DNA of 64,000 nucleotides from Spirochaetes bacterium GWB1_60_80 (GTDB lineage Bacteria; Spirochaetota; Spirochaetia; Treponematales; UBA12059): NCBI GenBank assembly GCA_001829185.1, contig MIAR01000032.1, positions 306,414 to 370,413 of the forward strand, read 5' to 3'. Shown piece by piece: positions 57,893 to 64,000 of this stretch (position 1 is its first letter; each line of letters starts with the position of its first letter). The notes under the pieces were generated by a model. It saw only the letters and a program-made list of their open reading frames with translations, ran no database searches and was not told where the DNA came from. The position numbers and the translations under genes were made by a program.

Positions 57893-59029
57893 TTGCTGGA
57901 CAGTGAGCGCCAGCTAGTCATCAAATTTGGCGCGGATGTGACGGCGGCGTTTTTGCATTTGGGACATGCCGTCAATTTGTGGATGATGCGCGAGATGCAG
58001 GAGCGCGGCCACAAGGTGGTTTTTCTGGTGGGCGACTTTACCACGCGCATTGGTGATCCGACTGGTAACAGCGCCACCCGGGTTGAGCGCAGCCAGGCCG
58101 ATATCGAGCGCGATGCCGCCGGCTTTCTGCGGCAGGTCGGCCGGATTCTGATAACTGATGACCCGGCGGTATTCGAGGCTCGGCGCAATGCCGAGTGGTG
58201 GGAAGGACGGCCGTTGGACGATTTCCTGGGGCTGCTCGGCTCGGTGACGGTGGCTAAGCTGCTGTCACGCGACATGTTCCGCGCCCGGATGGAAGCCGGC
58301 GTTGAAATCCGTCTGCACGAGTTGGTCTACCCGGTGCTGCAGGGCTGGGATTCGGTGGAGTTGCGCTCCGACTTGACTATTGTCGGTAGCGACCAATTGT
58401 TCAACGAGAGTATGGGTCGCGTTTTCCAGGAGCGGCAGGGCCAGCGGCCGCAGGTGATTATCACCACCAGAATCACGCCCGGCCTGGACGGGGGCAAGAA
58501 ACAATCCAAGAGCCTTAACAACTTCGTGGCCCTGGACGACACGCCACGCGACATGTTCGGCAAGATCATGCAGCTGCCTGACGGTTTGGTGGTGCAGTGG
58601 CTGGAGGTCTACACCACGCTGCCGCTGGCAGAGATCCGGCAGATTGAGGCCGGGTTGAAGGCTGGGGACAATCCGATGGCCGCCAAGCGTCTGCTGGGTA
58701 AGGCGGTGGTGGCGCGCTTGCATGGCGACACGGTGGCGGCGGCCGAGGAGGACTGGTTCCTGGAAACCTTCTCGGGTCGGCATTTTCCGACTGACGCGCC
58801 GGTGGTGCGGCTGCCGGCTGGCTCGCGGCTCTTGTTGAACTTGCTAACCGGGTTAGAGCCAGGCTTGTCGCGCTCCAGTCTGCGCCGCCTGGTGCAGGAC
58901 GGTGCGGTGGAGCTGGATGGCCGCTGTCTGAAGCAGGTGGACGCGCTGGTTTGCCTGGCGCCCGGCGTAGCAGCCGAATTGCGGCTAGGCCGGCGACGCT
59001 ACTTCCGGCTGCTGGCCGAGGGCGGCTGA
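57893..59029 (+). CDS. tyrS: tyrosine--tRNA ligase (start uncertain; possible upstream frameshift)
   Basis: HLGH (HIGH) motif, VFLVGDFTTRIGDPTG, KQSKS (KMSKS-like) and a C-terminal S4-like domain. The TyrS-like frame stays open upstream to 57803, but the strong RBS+ATG at 57813 is in another frame. Confidence 0.75.
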   Translation: MLDSERQLVIKFGADVTAAFLHLGHAVNLWMMREMQERGHKVVFLVGDFTTRIGDPTGNSATRVERSQADIERDAAGFLRQVGRILITDDPAVFEARRNAEWWEGRPLDDFLGLLGSVTVAKLLSRDMFRARMEAGVEIRLHELVYPVLQGWDSVELRSDLTIVGSDQLFNESMGRVFQERQGQRPQVIITTRITPGLDGGKKQSKSLNNFVALDDTPRDMFGKIMQLPDGLVVQWLEVYTTLPLAEIRQIEAGLKAGDNPMAAKRLLGKAVVARLHGDTVAAAEEDWFLETFSGRHFPTDAPVVRLPAGSRLLLNLLTGLEPGLSRSSLRRLVQDGAVELDGRCLKQVDALVCLAPGVAAELRLGRRRYFRLLAEGG

Positions 59030-59073
59030 TTGTTGATGGTCGTCAGGCGTCAAACTGATGTTCGGTTAACTTT

Positions 59074-59107
59074 GCCTTACCCGGGGCGGTCTCGGGTGAG
59101 GCTTTTT
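59074..59107 (+). terminator. putative terminator downstream of tyrS
   Basis: ccttacccgg-ggcggtc-tcgggtgagg followed by ctttttg. Confidence 0.55.
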
Positions 59108-59243
59108 GCTCTAGCAGGTTGTTGAAAAAGCCGGTTGCTTTCTCAACAACCTTAACAATTCCTCGCATAGCTTGCGCTATGCTGCGTAATTGTACCGGCT
59201 TTTGAAGTGTTGAAAAGCCGCATCCGCGTTTTTCAACACCCTG

Positions 59244-59693
59244 TTAGTCCAACTCGGCCAGGCGCTTGCGGGCGTTGATGATGAAGGGCAGTACCAGCAG
59301 GACATGGATGACAGCCGCATAGAAGAGGGACAGCATGGCAATGGCTAGATTCGGGCCAACCTGGGTGGGGTCTTCGAGGTTGCGCATCATGCTGACCAGG
59401 CTGATGATGGCGGCGCAGGCTGCAAACCCGAAAACGCTGCCACACAAGGCTTGGAAGAAGGCGATGGCAGTTTGAAGGTCTCGTCGGCTGGGGTTGGCGG
59501 CGAACGGGGCTTTGAAAGCCGTGCCGATATTGCCGGCGCCATGAATCAGGCAGGACGGCAACGGCGCTAGTACCAGCATGATCAGCAAGGCGGGCAGGTC
59601 GAACATCAGCCAGAAAGCGGAATTGGTGACCAGGTGGATGTAGACCAACATGCCCGCCACGACCAGGATTGGTAACCAGAATTTTCTGAACAT
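59244..59693 (-). CDS. short MotA/TolQ/ExbB-like proton-channel family protein
   Basis: The C-terminal EDPTQVGPNLAIAMLSLFYAAVIHVLLVLPF resembles the conserved MotA/ExbB channel helix. Only 149 aa with 3-4 TM helices. Confidence 0.45.
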   Translation of the reverse strand: MFRKFWLPILVVAGMLVYIHLVTNSAFWLMFDLPALLIMLVLAPLPSCLIHGAGNIGTAFKAPFAANPSRRDLQTAIAFFQALCGSVFGFAACAAIISLVSMMRNLEDPTQVGPNLAIAMLSLFYAAVIHVLLVLPFIINARKRLAELD

Positions 59694-59759
59694 GGATTCC
59701 TCCTTGAAAGTTGGTGCGCGTCATACGACGGCGATTTGCGATACGATGTGCGAGTGAGT

Positions 59760-60086
59760 TCAGAAATCGGTGGACGGACTCGCCACGGCGGCCTCCAGAC
59801 CGGGCTGGATGTAACTGACCCAGTTGTGGCCCAATCGGCTGGCCAGGGGCGTGCGGTACTCGCGCACGGTTAAGCCGCAGGGCACCAGAGCGGCCAGGGC
59901 GGCGCAGGCTACCAGGCTGAGGGCCAGGTTGGCGAGGCGCTCGCCGGCTGGCTGGAGGTAGCGGTACGGCGTCGGTTGGCTGGCGGCGGCGGCCCGGGCC
60001 AAGAGGCTGGCGCTGGGCGGGCTGGACCGTTCGGCGGCGATGGCCTGGGCGAAGGCCGCCTGGATGGCTTGGTCAAGCTGTTTCAT
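59760..60086 (-). CDS. putative anti-sigma factor (single TM)
   Basis: Small ORF overlapping the ECF sigma gene by 14 bp. One hydrophobic helix (LANLALSLVACAALAALV). Confidence 0.5.
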   Translation of the reverse strand: MKQLDQAIQAAFAQAIAAERSSPPSASLLARAAAASQPTPYRYLQPAGERLANLALSLVACAALAALVPCGLTVREYRTPLASRLGHNWVSYIQPGLEAAVASPSTDF

Positions 60087-60660
60087 GGAGTAGCTCCAGT
60101 TGGGTTTGGATCTGGCGGCGGATGGCGGCGATGCGCCAGCGCACGGTGGCGGCTGGCAGCCCTAATGCCTGGCCGATTTGGCTGGCGTTGAGTTCTTCGT
60201 GGAAACGTAGTTGGGCGATGCGCCGGTCGCGGCCACTTAAGCCGGCGATGGCTCGGGCGCATTGGCCGGCCAGTTCGGCGGCGGCGCTGCGCTCCGGGAA
60301 ATCGTCGTGCCAGGCGAGGGCGGCGCCCTTTTCAGCCTCGTCGTCCGGCAGGGGTGGCTGACGCCACTGGCGCTGGTGGTGGTGGCGGGCGGCATCCTGG
60401 AACTTGTGGCGGGCCACCCCGAACAGCCAGGCGCTGAAGGCTTGGGTCGGGTCGTAGCTGGCCAGGGCCGCAAAGGCCGCCAGCAGTGCTTCGGTGGCGG
60501 CGTCGGCCCGCTCGTCGTTTGGGATGGCCGGCCAGCCGCGGGCAAAATGAACCAGACGGCGGTAAAAACCGTCCCACAGTTTGGAAAAGGCTTGTTGCCT
60601 GGTGACCGTGTCGCCCGTCAGGGCTAGATGCCGAAGTTCGGCGCCGTCAAAATTCTGCAT
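60073..60660 (-). CDS. RNA polymerase sigma-70 factor, ECF subfamily
   Basis: Region 2 reads FYRRLVHFARGW...DAATEALLAAFAAL. Region 4 HTH reads LSGRDRRIAQLRFHEELNASQIGQALGLPAATVRWRIAAIR. Confidence 0.8.
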   Translation of the reverse strand: MQNFDGAELRHLALTGDTVTRQQAFSKLWDGFYRRLVHFARGWPAIPNDERADAATEALLAAFAALASYDPTQAFSAWLFGVARHKFQDAARHHHQRQWRQPPLPDDEAEKGAALAWHDDFPERSAAAELAGQCARAIAGLSGRDRRIAQLRFHEELNASQIGQALGLPAATVRWRIAAIRRQIQTQLELLHETA

Positions 60661-60723
60661 ACACTCTACTATTCGTCCGGGGCGGGCTGAGTGTTGGTAC
60701 AATTCCGCTGGAGCGCCGGGTCA

Positions 60724-61809
60724 TCAGAAGCCGGAGACGCGGTTGCGGCCTTGTTGCTTGGATTTGTAGAGGAATTTGTCGGCCCGTTCGACCAGGCTAT
60801 CCAGGGTGTCGGCGCTTTGCAGGCCGGCCACGCCAATGCTGATGGTGACGGTCCAGGGTACGCGTTCCAGATGGAGGTTGGCCACGCCGTCGCGGATGCG
60901 GTTGGCGATAAACTGGACCAGTTCCGGATTGGCCTGGACGATGTAGACGATGAATTCCTCGCCGCCGTAGCGGGCCAGGGCGTCGCTGGAACGCACGAAG
61001 GCTTGGATGGTGGCGGCCACCGCCTTGAGCACCTCGTCGCCGACGGCATGGCCGAGCTTGTCGTTGACGCGCTTGAAATGGTCGATATCCAACATCAGGA
61101 CGTGGAGCTGTTCGTGGTAGCGAACCGCCCGGGTAAACAGTTGGGTGGCGATTTGCTGGACGTAACGGCGGTTGAAGATCGCGGTCAGCGAGTCGCGGTA
61201 CGACAGATCCCATAGTTCGCGGTTTTCGGCCTCCAGGGAGCGGACGCGCTCTTCGGTCGGCGCCAGGGTGTGCCGGATGGTTTCGGCGCTGAATTGGGCC
61301 AGCAGCAGGGCGGTGCCGAGGATGGTGAGGTCCTCCAGATTGATGGCTCCGGCCATTACAAAGCGCAGCGTTCCCAGCCCGCCAGCCGCTACTACGGTTA
61401 GTATTGCCAGCAATAGTCCGCGGTTCCAGAGCGCCATGCCGAAGACAACGCAGGCTGGCATGAGCAGGTAGGGCGGCAGCCCATGAAGAATGTCCAGCGC
61501 CACTACGGCCAGGGTGAGCAGGTAGGCGATGGCGGTGGGCAGGCCGGCGCGCAGTTCCAGGTTGTCTAGCCAGACCTTCGAGGCGCGCAAGGCCCGATTG
61601 ACTAGCAGCACCAGCACCATCAAGGGCAGGACGGCCGGCACGGCAATGCGCAACAGCGACAGACTGGAGAAATCACCATGGAAAAAAGGCAGGCCAGCCC
61701 GGGCCATGAGGCCGCCGCCGACGAGGGTTATTCCGGCCAGGATCAGGCTGGTATGCGATGGACGTTTCAAGGCATCGGTCCGCTGTTTTGAGATTCCTGC
61801 ATCAGCCAA
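60724..61809 (-). CDS. membrane-anchored GGDEF-domain diguanylate cyclase
   Basis: 5-6 N-terminal TM helices. GGDEF domain with RYGGEEF active site, LDIDHFKRVND and a C-terminal RADKFLYKSKQQGRNR pattern. Confidence 0.85.
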   Translation of the reverse strand: MADAGISKQRTDALKRPSHTSLILAGITLVGGGLMARAGLPFFHGDFSSLSLLRIAVPAVLPLMVLVLLVNRALRASKVWLDNLELRAGLPTAIAYLLTLAVVALDILHGLPPYLLMPACVVFGMALWNRGLLLAILTVVAAGGLGTLRFVMAGAINLEDLTILGTALLLAQFSAETIRHTLAPTEERVRSLEAENRELWDLSYRDSLTAIFNRRYVQQIATQLFTRAVRYHEQLHVLMLDIDHFKRVNDKLGHAVGDEVLKAVAATIQAFVRSSDALARYGGEEFIVYIVQANPELVQFIANRIRDGVANLHLERVPWTVTISIGVAGLQSADTLDSLVERADKFLYKSKQQGRNRVSGF

Positions 61810-61998
61810 GCATAGGCCTGGTAGAGCGGGCTGTCAATAATCTGGCTGCGGTTTTAGCCAGGCTATGGGTGACTAGATTATTAGACTTGACTGCTCCCTT
61901 CACGTTTATAGGCGGACGTGCTATTTTAGTGAAGGATTAAATAGCTGATTACCGGTCCGGCACGGAATGCTGCCACGGCCCGGCACGAAAGGATTGTC

Positions 61999-63411
61999 AT
62001 GGATACTTGTATGCTTGGTGATTTTCTGGGTAGCCACCAGGAACGGTTGCGGTCGGCCATAGCGACGCTGGCTGGTCGCTATGACTATGTGTCCGTCCTG
62101 GGTAGCGATTCGTCGGGTGTGGCCTTTCGGGTGAGTCCGCAGGAACGCCGGGTGGCCGATTCCTCCTGGAGCGAGCGCGGCTTTGTCTTCCGGGTGCAGC
62201 AGGCCGGCCGGATTGTCGAGCACGCCTTTAATGTGCTGCCGTCAGGCGACTTGGCGGCGGCCGTGGCGGCGCGCATCGATAGTCAGCTGGCAGACGGTCC
62301 GGCGGCCCGCGTTTATCCGCCGTTGCCCGATGAGCCGGCCAAGGCCGGTTTCTTTGCCACGGTGGGCCAGCATCCGCTGACGGCCGACCCGGCGCTGGTG
62401 CTCGACCGCTTGGCGGCGGCCCGCGCCGGCTTGATGGAGCAGTCGCCGGAAATCGTCTTTTCCTCGGCCAACGCTGAGTTTGTGCAGGTGCGTAAAATTT
62501 TTATCTCGCCGCGCCGCGACCTGGCCCAGGCTTATGTCTGGGGACAGGCCTATCTGATTACCGTGGCCAAACGGGGCGACGACACGCGCGAGAATTATCA
62601 ACCTTTCTCCGGCCGCAAGGGTCTGGAACTGCTGGATGAACTGCCAAGCGCCGTGGCTGCCCTGGCTAAGGAAACGGTCGAGCTGCTGTCGGCCGAGAAG
62701 CCGGTGCCCGGCGAGTACGAAATTATCGCCGACCCGGATGTTACCGGGCTGATCGCCCACGAGGCCTTCGGGCACGGCGTGGAGATGGACATGTTCGTCA
62801 AGGGTCGGGCCCTGGCGCCCGATTATCTGGGCAAGAGCGTGGCCAGCCCAATCGTCGACATGTACGATGGCGCCGCCGCCGCCGACCAGTGCGGCAGTTT
62901 CCTGTTCGACGACGAAGGCACCTTCGGCACTACCACCAAAATTATCGACCAGGGGATCCTGGTGGCCGGCATCTCAGACCTGCAGTCCGCCGCCAGCCTG
63001 GGCACCCGCCCGACCGGCAACGGCCGCCGCCAGGCCTTTGACCACAAGACTTATGCCCGCATGACGAATACTTATATCGCGCCGGGCAAGGACACGCTGG
63101 AGGCGATGGTCGCTTCCATCAAACGCGGTTACCTGCTGCAGAAAATGAGTTCCGGCATGGAGGACCCTAAAAACTGGGGCATCCAGTTGGTGCTGACCAT
63201 CGGCCGCGAGATCGTGGACGGCAAGCTGACCGGGCGCATGGTGTCGCCGGTGGTGTGTTCCGGCTACGTGCCCGAGCTGCTGTCCAGCATCAGCATGATT
63301 TCCGCCGCGGTTGAGTTGGGCGGTTCCGGCGCCTGCGGCAAGGGTTATAAAGAGTTCGCCAAGGTTTCTTCTGGCGGACCGTACATCAAGGCAAGGATGA
63401 GGTTGGGATGA
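61999..63411 (+). CDS. tldD: TldD/PmbA family metallopeptidase (TldD-like)
   Basis: HEAFGHGVEMD metal-binding motif and a GxC..GxG C-terminal block. Confidence 0.8.
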   Translation: MDTCMLGDFLGSHQERLRSAIATLAGRYDYVSVLGSDSSGVAFRVSPQERRVADSSWSERGFVFRVQQAGRIVEHAFNVLPSGDLAAAVAARIDSQLADGPAARVYPPLPDEPAKAGFFATVGQHPLTADPALVLDRLAAARAGLMEQSPEIVFSSANAEFVQVRKIFISPRRDLAQAYVWGQAYLITVAKRGDDTRENYQPFSGRKGLELLDELPSAVAALAKETVELLSAEKPVPGEYEIIADPDVTGLIAHEAFGHGVEMDMFVKGRALAPDYLGKSVASPIVDMYDGAAAADQCGSFLFDDEGTFGTTTKIIDQGILVAGISDLQSAASLGTRPTGNGRRQAFDHKTYARMTNTYIAPGKDTLEAMVASIKRGYLLQKMSSGMEDPKNWGIQLVLTIGREIVDGKLTGRMVSPVVCSGYVPELLSSISMISAAVELGGSGACGKGYKEFAKVSSGGPYIKARMRLG

Positions 63412-64000
63412 TGCTTGAAACCATAAAGGATATTATCGTCAAGTCAGGCCGGGCCAGCGAGTACCGGATCAGCCAGCGCCGCAAGTCCGGCCTGGAGTGG
63501 TATTTCGTGAAGGACAAGCTGGATAGCGCCCGCGACGTGGAGACCACGCTGTACGATGTGACCGTTTATGTGGACGGCCTGGCCGCCGCTGACGGCGCTG
63601 ACGGTCGGACGCGCGGCGAGTGCACCGTGCTGGTACAGCCCGGCTCAGCCGCCGCCGAGATAAGCGCCATCATCGGCCGGGCGCTGGATACGGCCGCCGG
63701 CATGAAGAATGCCTGGTTTCCGTTGCCAAAACCGTCCGCTTGGCAGCCGATACAGCCGGCTAGCCGTTTTGACGGGCTGACGCCGCTGCAGGCCATGGAA
63801 GCGGTTCGCGCCGCCCTTTATCGCCATGACGGGTTGGACGGGGCCAGCATCAACTCGCTGGAGATATTTTTATCATGCCAGCGGCAGCGCCTGGTTACGT
63901 CTACCGGCGTGGATGTGGCCTGGTCGTCCTGGGTGGGATTTAGCGAGTTTGTGGTCAACGCCGGGAAGCGCGGCCAGGACGAGGTGGAGCTGTACGCCGA
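63408..64000 (+). CDS. TldD/PmbA family protein (PmbA/TldE-like partner), 3'-partial
   Basis: ATGATG start overlapping the tldD stop. Open frame to the window end. N-terminal region typical of the second subunit of TldD/TldE pairs. Confidence 0.55.
   Translation, partial: MMLETIKDIIVKSGRASEYRISQRRKSGLEWYFVKDKLDSARDVETTLYDVTVYVDGLAAADGADGRTRGECTVLVQPGSAAAEISAIIGRALDTAAGMKNAWFPLPKPSAWQPIQPASRFDGLTPLQAMEAVRAALYRHDGLDGASINSLEIFLSCQRQRLVTSTGVDVAWSSWVGFSEFVVNAGKRGQDEVELYA

Noticed and set aside
1-64000. Mobile elements, prophage, integrases, tRNA/rRNA genes
   Set aside because: No transposase, integrase or phage structural motifs found. Intergenic regions are short and none shows tRNA-like conserved T-loop/D-loop sequences by eye. 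A systematic tRNAscan/cmsearch was not possible.

Overview
This is a high-GC (roughly 63-65%), gene-dense bacterial chromosomal window with about 60 protein-coding genes. Many overlap by 1-14 bp in operon-like fashion. I found no rRNA, tRNA, CRISPR array, transposase or phage gene. Housekeeping genes: enolase, CTP synthase, peptidyl-tRNA hydrolase, LipB, Xaa-Pro aminopeptidase, TyrS, CobT behind a cobalamin riboswitch, a CBS/DRTGG Mn-pyrophosphatase, TatD, and a canonical lptC-lptA-lptB block. Motility, signalling and regulation: flgG, a second FlgF/FlgG-family rod gene, a rod-binding (FlgJ-N-like) protein, an MCP, ROK, MarR (overlapping a glutathione peroxidase gene), GntR, an ECF sigma/anti-sigma pair, a stand-alone receiver and a GGDEF protein. 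Transport: a TAXI-type TRAP system with DUF1850, and a DMT permease. The most interesting content is: (1) a three-gene operon encoding a PAS-less [FeFe]-hydrogenase-like protein whose H-cluster motif 1 reads SSACP (proton-relay Cys to Ala), a GHKL anti-sigma-like kinase and a DRTGG protein, a putative H2/redox-sensing partner-switch module; (2) a dentilisin-like surface protease locus (S8 lipoprotein, PrcB_C-like lipoprotein, large cadherin-like-domain lipoprotein); (3) the TIGR03916 radical SAM/HhH plus TIGR03915 DNA-repair pair, with an unusual ~150-aa Pro/Ala-rich insertion; (4) a membrane-anchored TPR protein with a C-terminal Mrr-like restriction-endonuclease domain; (5) a soluble MCP carrying a C-terminal solute-binding (SBP_bac_3-like) domain; (6) an 887-aa secreted protein with ~8 tandem PPC domains; (7) a duplication of the eno 3' end flanking a 5x17-bp tandem repeat; plus several inverted-repeat elements and candidate regulatory sites. 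The organism looks like an anaerobic, flagellated diderm, possibly spirochaete-like (periplasmic-flagella-type rod genes, dentilisin-like locus); this is inference only. Many long ORFs in the six-frame track are antisense artefacts of GC-rich coding sequence and were not called.
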